DNA of 64,000 bases, taken from contig CAXXTB010000001.1 in NCBI GenBank assembly GCA_963676795.2, positions 672,001 through 736,000 of the forward strand. Direction: 5' to 3'. Shown one piece after another: positions 18,511 through 28,158 of the stretch. Each line of letters starts with the position of its first letter. Position 1 is the stretch's first letter. The notes beneath the pieces were generated by a model. It saw nothing but the letters and a program-made list of their open reading frames with translations, searched no databases and was not told where the DNA came from. Origin of the DNA: Geopsychrobacteraceae bacterium. Lineage in GTDB: Bacteria > Desulfobacterota > Desulfuromonadia > Desulfuromonadales > Geopsychrobacteraceae. The position numbers and the translations under genes are program-made.

Positions 18511-18996
18511 ATGAGGTATGTTCTGTATATAACGAAACTTCTGAAGCTCATCAGCGGCATCAGCCTGATGGGGATGATGATATTGACCTGCGCGGATGTT
18601 GTCGGAGGTTTCTTCGGTTATCCGGTTCTGGGTGCTGAGGAACTGGTTTCGCTCTGGGCCTCCATGTTGCTTGCTTTTGCCCTGCCGACAGCGCATCTGG
18701 CCGGCGTCAACGTCGGTGTCGATCTGCTCTACAATATATTCCCGCAACGTCTGCAAAAACTGGCTGATGTCTTCAATTCGGTCGTCAGCTGCCTGCTCTT
18801 CCTGCTGATTGCCTGGCGCTGCTGGTTGTACGCGCTGGCTCTGCAGCAGAGTGGCGAGGTCAGCATGATTCTGCTCCTGCCGGCCTATCTGCTGGTCTAC
18901 GCCATGTCCTTTGCCCTGATCGTTCTGGCAGTGGCTATGTTTTTCGAACTTATTGCAATTTTCATCGGAGGGAGCCAGTCATGTCAGAACCAATGA
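18511..18996 (+). CDS. dctQ: TRAP transporter small permease (DctQ)
   Basis: Four TM helices; ADVVG, GAEEL, VGVDLL. Confidence 0.88.
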   Translation: MRYVLYITKLLKLISGISLMGMMILTCADVVGGFFGYPVLGAEELVSLWASMLLAFALPTAHLAGVNVGVDLLYNIFPQRLQKLADVFNSVVSCLLFLLIAWRCWLYALALQQSGEVSMILLLPAYLLVYAMSFALIVLAVAMFFELIAIFIGGSQSCQNQ

Positions 18997-20282
18997 TTAT
19001 TGGCCTGCTGGGTATCGTCCTGCTGCTGGTGCTGATGTTCCTGCGTCTGCCGGTTTCCTATTCAATGACCCTTGTCGGATTTCTCGGCTTCAGTTACTTA
19101 AGAAGCTTCTCCGCCGGGTTGAACCTTTTATCGCGTGATATGTACGAGGTGTTCTCCTCCTACAGTCTGACCCTGATCCCGCTGTTCGTCTTCATGGGCT
19201 ATATCGCCTACTATGCGGGAACCAGCAGTCGCCTCTTTGATGTCGCCTACAAGTTTCTCGGTCGTATCCGCGGCGGCCTGGCCATGGCGACGGTCGGAGC
19301 CTGCGCCGCCTTCGGGGCGATCTGTGGTTCGGCAACGGCGACGGCGGCGACCATGGGGACCATCGCCATTCCGGAGATGAAGCGCTACAAATACGGTGAC
19401 AAACTTGCCACCGGCTGTGTCGCCTCCGGGGGCAGCCTAGGCAGTCTGATCCCGCCGAGTGTCGTGCTGATCGTCTACGGGATCGCAACCCAGCAGTCGA
19501 TCGGCCAACTCTTCATTGCCGGGATTATCCCGGGGCTGCTGATTACGGCACTGATGCTGATCGCCATCGCTATCTATTGCAAGTTGTATCCAAGCGAAGG
19601 TCCGCCGGGGGAGAAATTCACCGTTAAAGAGATGTTCAGATCGGTGCTCGAACTCTGGGAAACCATTCTCGTCTTTGTCTGTGTTATGGGGGGGATGTTC
19701 ATCGGCCTGTTCACACCGACCAAAGCTGGCGCGGTTGGTTCCGCCTGCATCCTGATCATTGTCGTGCTGCAGCGCAAGCTGTCCTGGAAAGGGCTGTGGG
19801 GTGCGATTACCGATACCCTCAACGTGTCCTGCATGGTGCTGATGCTGATTGCCGGCGCAACAATCTTCGGCCACTTCCTGGCGGTCAGCCGGATTCCGAT
19901 GGAGCTTTCCGGGATCGTGGCCGGGATGGATCTGCCGAACTGGGGGGTCATGGCAATGATCTGCCTGATCTACCTGGTTGCCGGCTGTTTTATCGATGCC
20001 CTGGCGTTGATCATGCTGACCATCCCGATCTTTTACCCGATCGTCATGGATATGGGCTACGACCCGATCTGGTTCGGAATCGTTATCGTTGTCATCCAGC
20101 AGATGGGCATCATCACCCCGCCGGTCGGTGTCAACGTCTACGTCGTCGGCGGGATTGCCAAGGTTCCGTTACCCGTGGTTTTCAAGGGCGTCCTGCCCTT
20201 TCTCTATGCGCTTATTGTCGGCTGTGCTCTGCTCATCGCCTTTCCGGATATCGTCCTCTGGTTACCGAGCCTGACGCGCTGA
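18981..20282 (+). CDS. dctM: TRAP transporter large permease (DctM)
   Basis: IPLFVFMG, GGLAMA, GSLIPPS, TPTKAG, ITPPVG. Confidence 0.94.
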   Translation: MSEPMIIGLLGIVLLLVLMFLRLPVSYSMTLVGFLGFSYLRSFSAGLNLLSRDMYEVFSSYSLTLIPLFVFMGYIAYYAGTSSRLFDVAYKFLGRIRGGLAMATVGACAAFGAICGSATATAATMGTIAIPEMKRYKYGDKLATGCVASGGSLGSLIPPSVVLIVYGIATQQSIGQLFIAGIIPGLLITALMLIAIAIYCKLYPSEGPPGEKFTVKEMFRSVLELWETILVFVCVMGGMFIGLFTPTKAGAVGSACILIIVVLQRKLSWKGLWGAITDTLNVSCMVLMLIAGATIFGHFLAVSRIPMELSGIVAGMDLPNWGVMAMICLIYLVAGCFIDALALIMLTIPIFYPIVMDMGYDPIWFGIVIVVIQQMGIITPPVGVNVYVVGGIAKVPLPVVFKGVLPFLYALIVGCALLIAFPDIVLWLPSLTR

Positions 20283-20307
20283 CCCGTTAACCTTCCATGC
20301 TTCTATG

Positions 20308-20341
20308 GCCCGGGGAGAGCGATCTTTCCGGGCGTTTTTTT
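20308..20341 (+). terminator. Intrinsic terminator at the end of the catabolic operon
   Basis: gcccggggaga..tctttccgggc followed by a T run. Confidence 0.7.
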
Positions 20342-20351
20342 GTTGGCAGGA

Positions 20352-20882
20352 TCAGTACGGGTTACTTTCCAAGCTCAGTGCGGAGAGGGCTTGGCTAAAG
20401 GCCAGGGTGGTCTCCGTATTGAAACAGACGATGAAGACCTGCTGCGGAGATTCATTCTCTTCAAGAAACCGGGCGATGGTGGTGACTGCGATCCGGGTCG
20501 CCTGATCGAGGGGATAGCGGTAGACGCCGCAGCTGATCGCCGGAAAGGCGATGGTTTTCAAGGACAGGGCTGCGGCCAGCTCCAGGCTGGTGCGATAGGC
20601 GGAAGCGAGCAGTTCGGCTTCGTCATGGTCGCCCCCCTGCCAGACCGGGCCGACGGCATGGATCACATATTTGGCCGGCAACCGGTAGCCGGCGGTGATC
20701 TTGGCTGAGCCGGTCGGGCAGCCGTCCAGCGTCTGGCACTCCTCAAGCAATTCAGGACCTGCCGCACTTTGGATCGCTCCGTCGACCCCTCCGCCGCCTG
20801 CCAGTCTGCTGTTGGCTGCATTGACGATGGCATCGACCGCGAGCCTGGTGATATCTCCTTCGACAATTTCAATTCGATCCAT
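20352..20882 (-). CDS. Macrodomain O-acetyl-ADP-ribose deacetylase (YmdB-like)
   Basis: [38 protein letters not shown]. Confidence 0.95.
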   Translation of the reverse strand: MDRIEIVEGDITRLAVDAIVNAANSRLAGGGGVDGAIQSAAGPELLEECQTLDGCPTGSAKITAGYRLPAKYVIHAVGPVWQGGDHDEAELLASAYRTSLELAAALSLKTIAFPAISCGVYRYPLDQATRIAVTTIARFLEENESPQQVFIVCFNTETTLAFSQALSALSLESNPY

Positions 20883-20975
20883 AGTTGCTCTCCTTGATAT
20901 GTCAAAACAATAAATGCTGATATTTCAGCAGTCTATCACAATATTTATGAAATAAGAAAAGCTTGAGCCGATTGT

Positions 20976-21740
20976 TCAACCAATGAACAGGTCGTAGGCG
21001 CATTTGATCATCAGCAGCCCCAGGACAAAGCGGAAGACCGGGACCACGATCCGGTCGGCATTTTTGAGGACCAGGCCGCTGCCGAGCCAGTTGCCGCAGA
21101 CCGATCCGGCGATGGCAACACCGGCCACCTGCCAGAGAATCTGGCCGTTGAGGAGAAAAAAGATGAAGGCCGCAAGGTTGGAGGCGTAGTTGACGATCCG
21201 GGCATTGGCACTGGCCTGACGCGGGGTCATCCTCAGGAAGACCATAAAGCAAAGCAGCAGGAAGGTTCCGGTGCCGGGGCCGAAGATGCCGTCGTAGCCA
21301 CCGATGATCAGTCCGGCCAGGGTTGAACGCAGGCCGATCTGGGTCGCTGTCAGGGTCTCCAGTCGGTCGGCGGCGACCATGTGGCGGTTCTGCAGGAAGA
21401 ACAGCAGCGGGATGACGACGAGCAGGATGATGAACAGCGATTCACGCGACAGGAAGCGTGACAGCGAGGCGCCGATCGCCGAGCCGATCAGGGCGGCGAC
21501 GATGGCATAGCCGACGGTTTTCCACAGGATCGTGCGGTTGCGGACATAGCGGAACACTGCAATCGTTGTGCCTGTTGAACTGACACATTTATTGGTACCG
21601 AGCAGCAGATCGGCCGGCAGTCCCAGTGCCAGGTAGGTGGGAACCGAGATCAGCCCGCCACCGCCGGCAATCGAATCGATGAAGCCGGCGAAGCCGATCA
21701 GCACAAACAGCAGCAGGTAGTGCCAGATTGCGAATTCCAT
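20976..21740 (-). CDS. TauE/SafE (TSUP) family membrane transporter
   Basis: AGFIDSIAGGGGLI, GTNK, GGYDGIFGPGTG. Confidence 0.93.
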   Translation of the reverse strand: MEFAIWHYLLLFVLIGFAGFIDSIAGGGGLISVPTYLALGLPADLLLGTNKCVSSTGTTIAVFRYVRNRTILWKTVGYAIVAALIGSAIGASLSRFLSRESLFIILLVVIPLLFFLQNRHMVAADRLETLTATQIGLRSTLAGLIIGGYDGIFGPGTGTFLLLCFMVFLRMTPRQASANARIVNYASNLAAFIFFLLNGQILWQVAGVAIAGSVCGNWLGSGLVLKNADRIVVPVFRFVLGLLMIKCAYDLFIG

Positions 21741-21851
21741 GCGGGGAGTCCCTTTGGCTAAAATGGATATATCGCAATCTGAAGAATTTCTACAGAGCCG
21801 TCAAGAAGAACACTCCTTGAGAATGCTTTAAGGTGAAGGACGTTTTTTCGA

Positions 21852-23096
21852 TCAGTTCAGCACAATGCGATTGCGCCCGGCATTTTTGGCCTGGTAGAGC
21901 AGTTCATCGGCAAGAGAAATTGTCTTGTCGAGAGTTGATTCCAGGCGGTTATTGACACCTATCGACACGGTGACGCGGATCTCATTATCGTCACAGCCGA
22001 TCGGATGCTCGGCGATCCGGGTTCTCAGTTCGTTGAAGATGCGTTCCCGGTGGCCGGGATCGAGATTGCTGGTCATGACGATGAACTCCTCGCCGCCCAG
22101 CCTGGCGACCAGATCCGAAGAGCGGAAGCTGCTGTTCAGGATTGTCGCCACCTGTTGGATGACCATGTCGCCGCAGTTGTGGCCGTGGGTGTCGTTGATC
22201 TTCTTGAAATGATCGATATCGATCATGGCGATATCGATCTTGAGGTTGTCGCGTTTAGCGTTATTGAACAGCTTCTCAGCCACCTGGAAGAAATGGCGCC
22301 TGTTGAAAAGACCGGTCAGGACATCCTTGTAGGCCGCATCCCGTAACTGCTCCATCTGGAACAGTAGCTCCACGTTCTGGTTGACCCGCCAGATCAGCTC
22401 CTCTTCAAAGTAGGGCTTGTTGATGAAGTCGTTGGCGCCGCGCTTGAGGAACTGGGCCGAAAGCAGCGGGTTGCCGTGGGCGGACATGCCGAGAATCGAA
22501 ATCCTGTCCATCGGGTGATGTTTGCGGATCGCCGCTGTCAGTTCAAAGCCGTTCATGCGCGGCATGTTGAAGTCGGTCAGGACCAGTTTGATGGCGGGGT
22601 TGGCGTGTAGTTTCTCCATCGCCTGAACGCCGTCATGCGCTTCAATGACCTTGAATTTCTGGTTCTCCAGGATCTTCCTGGTCATGTCACGGGTCAGATT
22701 GGAATCCTCCACGAGCAGAATCTGAACATGCTTGTTGCGCAGGAAGCGGCCGATGGTGCTGGCCAGCAGATCGAGGGTGTGCGGACCCTTGATGATATAG
22801 TCGATGACCTGTTTTTCGAGGATTTTTTCCCGGACCTGATCGTTCATTCTGCCGGTGACTACGACAATTGGGATGGCATAGCTGCTGATCAGGTCAACGA
22901 TCTCCCCGTCGGGAGCTCCCGGCAGAGTCAGATCGAGAATGGCCAGCTCGTAATCTGTCGTTTTGCCGGCCAGCAGGGTCGTGGCCTCTTCATAGCTGCG
23001 GCAAACGTCCGATTCAATCCAGAAGTCCCTGTAGATCCTGTTTTTCAACAGGTTGACGAACATATTGCTGTCTTCGACGATCAGGATTTTTTTCAT
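21852..23096 (-). CDS. Response-regulator diguanylate cyclase (REC-REC-GGDEF)
   Basis: Two receiver domains; DVLTGLFNRR, DIDHFK, RSSD I-site, GGEEF. Confidence 0.93.
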   Translation of the reverse strand: MKKILIVEDSNMFVNLLKNRIYRDFWIESDVCRSYEEATTLLAGKTTDYELAILDLTLPGAPDGEIVDLISSYAIPIVVVTGRMNDQVREKILEKQVIDYIIKGPHTLDLLASTIGRFLRNKHVQILLVEDSNLTRDMTRKILENQKFKVIEAHDGVQAMEKLHANPAIKLVLTDFNMPRMNGFELTAAIRKHHPMDRISILGMSAHGNPLLSAQFLKRGANDFINKPYFEEELIWRVNQNVELLFQMEQLRDAAYKDVLTGLFNRRHFFQVAEKLFNNAKRDNLKIDIAMIDIDHFKKINDTHGHNCGDMVIQQVATILNSSFRSSDLVARLGGEEFIVMTSNLDPGHRERIFNELRTRIAEHPIGCDDNEIRVTVSIGVNNRLESTLDKTISLADELLYQAKNAGRNRIVLN

Positions 23097-23337
23097 AAAT
23101 GGCCTTGGTGCTGGCAAGCTGTCATGGTTGAAGATAGGGCAGGGCTAATATTTATACAAGGCTTTCTTACTCTGAAATGGTAGTGTAGGCGGCTTTTTCA
23201 CGAAACTCTGTTATATTTATCGGTGAAATTCGTTTTGTTGAATGAAAGCAAGAAATTACGCTGATGGGCCTGAATAGAAAGTCGCTGCTGTCAGTTGATC
23301 CTTGCAGGCCGAAAATTTTATGAGATGAGGAGCCAGA

Positions 23338-24759
23338 GTGACTGGTCAGGACAGGTTATTCCCGAAAAATCCGATTTTAATCATTGATGACGAACCGTCC
23401 TGGCTGAAAAGCATGGCGCTGTCGCTCAGGCTGTTCGCCGATATCACCAATGTTGTGCTCTGCCAGGACAGCCGTGATGCTGTGAACCTGCTGGCGGAGA
23501 AATCTTTCTCTCTGGTCCTGCTTGATCTGACCATGCCGCACCTCAGCGGTGAGCTGCTGTTGAAGAGTTTTTCGGAGAAGTATCCTGAACTGCCGGTGAT
23601 CGTTGTCAGCGGCATGAACCAGATAGAGACGGCCATCGAATGCATCAAGTCGGGCGCGGTCGATTTTTTTGTCAAAACGGACGATCGGCAGCGGGTTATC
23701 AACGGCATTCTCAATGCCATCAGGCAGGCGGAGCAAAGACGTGAAAATAAGCGTCTGGCAGAAAGCCTGCTCTTTGATAGCGCGCCCGCACACTTTGCCT
23801 TTGCAGCTATCGTGACGGCCAATGACAGAATGAAGCGGATTCTGACCTATCTTTCAGCTGTATCTGCGAGTTGTGAACCTTTGCTCATTCAGGGGGAAAG
23901 CGGAACCGGCAAGGAGCTGATCGCCAGTGCCTTGCACCGCTATGCTTATGCGGACAAGCCGCTGATTGCAGTCAATGTGGCCGGTCTCGATGATATGGTC
24001 TTCAGCGATACCCTGTTCGGACACGTCAAGGGGGCCTATACCGGCGCGGAGGGTGTGCGAAAGGGGATGGTCGAAGAGGCGGCGGATGGCGTCCTCTTCC
24101 TCGATGAGATCGGTGACCTTTCAGCCGCTTCTCAGGTCAAGCTGCTGCGCCTGCTTCAGGAGGGGGAATACTATCCGCTCGGCAGCGACACACCGAAGAA
24201 ATGCGTGGCCCGTATTGTGGTGGCAACCAATCACGACCTTCAGCGCATGGAAGCGCAAGGGGTGTTCCGGCGCGATCTTCTGTTTCGGCTCAGCACCCAC
24301 CGGATTGCTCTGCCGCCGTTACGCGAAAGAAAAGAAGATCTTCCCGCGCTGCTGGATCATTTTCTCGAAGAGGCGGCCAGCGCCTTCGGCAAGAAGCTCC
24401 CCACCTTGCCGCCGGAGCTGCTTACCCTGCTTCATGCCTACCACTTTCCGGGGAATATCCGGGAGCTGCGGGCGATGGTGCAGGATGCTGTCAGCGTTCA
24501 CGTTAAAGGGGTCCTGTCGATGGAGCGCTTTCGCGAAGCGATGAAGATTTCAGGATCTTCCGTACCGGCTGTCGCTGAGAATTTTCCTGAATCACAGTTT
24601 GATATCAGGTTTCCCGAAAGATTACCAACCATCAAAGAGATGACTCGTCTGCTGATTGCCGAGGCACTTGAGAGAGCGCAAGGAAATCAGTCGCAGGCAG
24701 CCCAGTTGCTGGGAATCACTCACCAGGCCCTGAACCAGAGATTGAAGAAACTTTCCTGA
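23338..24759 (+). CDS. Sigma54-dependent response regulator (NtrC family)
   Basis: REC, GESGTGKE, GAYTGA, FLDEIG, FPGNIREL, Fis HTH. Confidence 0.94.
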   Translation: MTGQDRLFPKNPILIIDDEPSWLKSMALSLRLFADITNVVLCQDSRDAVNLLAEKSFSLVLLDLTMPHLSGELLLKSFSEKYPELPVIVVSGMNQIETAIECIKSGAVDFFVKTDDRQRVINGILNAIRQAEQRRENKRLAESLLFDSAPAHFAFAAIVTANDRMKRILTYLSAVSASCEPLLIQGESGTGKELIASALHRYAYADKPLIAVNVAGLDDMVFSDTLFGHVKGAYTGAEGVRKGMVEEAADGVLFLDEIGDLSAASQVKLLRLLQEGEYYPLGSDTPKKCVARIVVATNHDLQRMEAQGVFRRDLLFRLSTHRIALPPLRERKEDLPALLDHFLEEAASAFGKKLPTLPPELLTLLHAYHFPGNIRELRAMVQDAVSVHVKGVLSMERFREAMKISGSSVPAVAENFPESQFDIRFPERLPTIKEMTRLLIAEALERAQGNQSQAAQLLGITHQALNQRLKKLS

Positions 24760-24965
24760 GCGGGAGTACCCGCCTGTTAAAAGGCCTGCAATTTATGTTG
24801 CATCTGCAAGAAAAATTTAACAGCTAAAATTGTTACTATTATCAATTTGTTAGCTGTTTTCTTCTAAATTGTATCAATATTTCTTTCACCCCTTTTGATT
24901 ATCCTCGGTCCGTAATAACGACTTTTTTGTAAGCGGAATCAGCAGCTTAGCGTTTTTGAATAAGC

Positions 24966-24981
24966 TGGCACTCATTGTGCT
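24966..24981 (+). promoter_or_regulatory. Sigma54 -24/-12 promoter for the MCP gene
   Basis: TGGCACTCATTGTGCT (GG-N10-GC); dyad tgcaatttatgttgca at 24787-24802 is a possible enhancer. Confidence 0.6.
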
Positions 24982-25157
24982 TATATTTTGTGTGGTTTTG
25001 TTAATTTGTGAGGTCTCATGTCTGGTCTTGTTTCTCCTCTGGAATTCAGCGGATAAGGAGGCTGGAAACCGCACGATGACAAATATCTTTCTGAATGTAA
25101 AAGACCACGGAATCTTCAATAAATGGTTTTCTTCTCTAATGAAAAAAGGGGTATGGC

Positions 25158-27488
25158 ATGTTCAAGCGACTTAAGATCGGAACCAAAACATTTCTGCTGG
25201 CGGGCTCTATTCTCGTTCTGCTGCTGATCACCCTGGTCTGGGGAATTCTGGGTTTGTCGAAGACTGTTGACAACGGCAAAGAGATGGCGGCGGGAAATGC
25301 CCTGCGCGGTGAACTGCTGGCCCGTGAAGTTGATCATCTCAACTGGGTCAAGCAGGTATCGGCATTCCTGACCGATGAAAACATCAACGAACTTAAGGTT
25401 CAGACCGACCATACCCGGTGTGCGCTGGGCAAGTGGCTCTACGGCGAAGGGCGCAAACATGCTGAACTGCTCGTTCCGGAGATGGCAGCTGATCTGAAAA
25501 CCCTGGAAGATCCGCACAAGGCATTGCATGAAACAGCGATAAAGATCCAGAAGATCTATCAGGCGGCCGATCCGAAGCTGCCTCAGTTTCTGACCGAAAA
25601 GGAGCTGGATCATGTTGCCTGGGTCAGTGCGATTCAGACCGCGATTATATCGGGTGACCGGAACCTGTCCGTCGAGTTTGACCATAAGCTCTGTGGGTTC
25701 GGCAAGTTTCTCTACGGTGATGAAGGACGCAAAGCTGCGGCTGGAAACCCCGAGCTGGGACGTATTCTTGAGCAGATCAAAGGCCCGCATGAAGCTTTGC
25801 ATGAGCATGGCCGACAGATTGCCAGGTTGCTTGGCACGGGGGACCAGGCCGGTGCTGAACGCTATTTCGAAGAGCAGATTGCCCGGACGCTGGCAACCAC
25901 TTCAGGGCTGTTGAAACAAGCCGGCAAGGTTGCAAGTGCGGCACTGGAGGGGCAGCAAAAAGCCCATGAGATCTTTGCCGGAGAGACCCAGAGCCACCTG
26001 CATGAGGTCCAGGGGGTGATGCATCGTCTGAATGAAACCGCCGCCGCCCACATCATGTCCGACGAGCAGATGATTTCAGCGGCCGTTCAGACCCGCAGCG
26101 CAATTATCGCCATCGGTATCGTTGCCCTGATCATCGGCATCGGCCTGGCGTGGCTGATTTCCCGGAGCATTATCAAGCCTTTGCACCGGGCCTTTGCTGT
26201 GGTCGGTGAGTATGGTAAGGGGGATACCCGTGACCAGGATCTGCCGATGGGGGACAAGGTCAACTGCTCCAGCCTGAACAATTGCGGGCAGAAGAATTGT
26301 CCGAGTTACGGACAGGAAGGGTACTGCTGGGTTGAAACCGGCACCTTCGGTCCCAATCCGGTCTGCATCAAGCTGACAGGCGGCACTTTCAGCGACTGTC
26401 GTGAGTGTAAGGTCTATCGGGCCAAGGATGAAATCACCGAACTCGGCTCCGTGCTGGTCGGCATGGCCAAGAGTCTGCAGGGGCGCAGCGAACTGGCCGA
26501 AGCGATCGCCCGCGGCGACCTGACCCAGGATGTTCTGGTGACCTCCTCCAATGACCAGCTCGGCAATGCCCTTAAAATCATGCTCGAAGGGCTGCGCGAT
26601 ATGGTCGGCAATATTCAGGTGGCCGGCGAGCAGATTGCCACCGGGGCAGGGCAGGTTTCAGACGCCAGTCAGGCACTGTCGCAGGGTGCGACAGAGTCGG
26701 CCAGTTCGCTGGAAGAGGTGACCGCCTCAATGAACATGATGGCCGGACAGGTCAGAACCAACGCGGAAAACGCCAGCACCGCCAATCAGTTATCGAGTGA
26801 ATCGAAACAGGCCGCCGAAAAAGGCGATCGCCAGATGGCTGAGATGGTCCAGGCGATGGAAGAAATCAATCAGGCCGGACAGAATATCAGCAAGATTATC
26901 AAGGTGATCGACGAAATCGCATTTCAGACCAATCTGCTCGCGCTGAATGCTGCTGTTGAAGCGGCGCGTGCCGGACAGCACGGCAAGGGGTTTGCTGTGG
27001 TTGCCGAAGAGGTCCGCAACCTTGCGGCGCGGAGTGCCAAGGCCGCCGAAGAGACGGCCGAGCTGATCGAAGGCTCGGTCGCGTTGACCGATCGTGGTGC
27101 CCAAATGGCCCAGCAGACAGCCATGGCCCTGAAAGAGATCATGACCGGCGCCAACAAGGTCTCGGACCTGCTCGAAGAGATCGCCGCCGCTTCGAACGAC
27201 CAGGCCCAGGGGATCAGCCAGGTGACCACCGGCCTGGCGCAGATCGATCAGGTCACTCAGCAGAATACCGCCAGTGCCGAAGAGAGTGCCGCAGCCGCCG
27301 AAGAACTGTCCGGTCAGGCCCTGCAGATGCAGGAGATGCTCAAGCGTTTTATTCTCAGAAAGGCGGATCAAATCGAGAAGGGCAGTTATGCGGGCGGCCT
27401 TCAGGCCGTCCAGTGGGGCCAGTCGCAGATGCGACTGGCCATGAAACAGCCGCTTGGGCTGCGCGATTCTGAATCGGGTCAATTCTGA
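25158..27488 (+). CDS. Methyl-accepting chemotaxis protein with two CZB domains
   Basis: TM1, two DH..W/DH..C..GK.LY/PH..LH units, TM2, signalling hairpin [31 protein letters not shown]. Confidence 0.94.
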   Translation: MFKRLKIGTKTFLLAGSILVLLLITLVWGILGLSKTVDNGKEMAAGNALRGELLAREVDHLNWVKQVSAFLTDENINELKVQTDHTRCALGKWLYGEGRKHAELLVPEMAADLKTLEDPHKALHETAIKIQKIYQAADPKLPQFLTEKELDHVAWVSAIQTAIISGDRNLSVEFDHKLCGFGKFLYGDEGRKAAAGNPELGRILEQIKGPHEALHEHGRQIARLLGTGDQAGAERYFEEQIARTLATTSGLLKQAGKVASAALEGQQKAHEIFAGETQSHLHEVQGVMHRLNETAAAHIMSDEQMISAAVQTRSAIIAIGIVALIIGIGLAWLISRSIIKPLHRAFAVVGEYGKGDTRDQDLPMGDKVNCSSLNNCGQKNCPSYGQEGYCWVETGTFGPNPVCIKLTGGTFSDCRECKVYRAKDEITELGSVLVGMAKSLQGRSELAEAIARGDLTQDVLVTSSNDQLGNALKIMLEGLRDMVGNIQVAGEQIATGAGQVSDASQALSQGATESASSLEEVTASMNMMAGQVRTNAENASTANQLSSESKQAAEKGDRQMAEMVQAMEEINQAGQNISKIIKVIDEIAFQTNLLALNAAVEAARAGQHGKGFAVVAEEVRNLAARSAKAAEETAELIEGSVALTDRGAQMAQQTAMALKEIMTGANKVSDLLEEIAAASNDQAQGISQVTTGLAQIDQVTQQNTASAEESAAAAEELSGQALQMQEMLKRFILRKADQIEKGSYAGGLQAVQWGQSQMRLAMKQPLGLRDSESGQF

Positions 27489-27543
27489 CCCCTGACGGGC
27501 CGTGGCGGTTCTGTTCGCCACGGCCGCTTCAGCCGGGTAGATC

Positions 27544-28077
27544 ATGCTTTATCATCAATGCAGCTATTGCCATAAGGAGCTTGCTCCTGCCGAACAGACC
27601 GCAGACGACGGCGTACAGATCAGCCACGGGATCTGTCGCTCCTGTCTGGAAAAAATGCTCGCCGGCAGCGGAGAGTCGTTGGCCAATTTTCTTGATTCAA
27701 TTCCGTTGCCCGTCTTTATAGTCGATCATGCCGCAAGGGTTCTGGCCGTAAATGCGGCCGGTCGCAAAGTGGTCGGCAAGGGGGAAGCGCAGATCCTCGG
27801 TCTGTCAGGCGGTGAGGTCTTTCAATGCGCCGAAGCACTGTTGCCAGGAGGCTGTGGAAACAGACTGCTGTGCCGCAGTTGCGTCATCCGTAATGCCGTC
27901 ATGGCAACCTACCGGGACGGACAGGCGCGGGAGAAACTCCCGGCCTTTCATGAGCTGGATCTTATTTGCGGAGTGCGAGAGGTCCGTTTTCTGATCAGTA
28001 CCGAAAAGGTCGGGGGGGTGGTTTTGCTGAAGATTGATGAGATTCTTCTGGAAGAGACTGATCTTCATTTGTCTTGA
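27544..28077 (+). CDS. Cys-rich PAS-like domain protein
   Basis: CSYC...SHGICRSC, PAS-like core (IPLPVFIVD..VN), CG....CRSC. Confidence 0.7.
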   Translation: MLYHQCSYCHKELAPAEQTADDGVQISHGICRSCLEKMLAGSGESLANFLDSIPLPVFIVDHAARVLAVNAAGRKVVGKGEAQILGLSGGEVFQCAEALLPGGCGNRLLCRSCVIRNAVMATYRDGQAREKLPAFHELDLICGVREVRFLISTEKVGGVVLLKIDEILLEETDLHLS

Positions 28078-28158
28078 TTGTCGAAAAATTGACGTGAAGA
28101 TGTTAACCTTTGTTTAATTTCTCGTTATCATACTCCGTTCCTGTCTTCAAGGTTCGCC

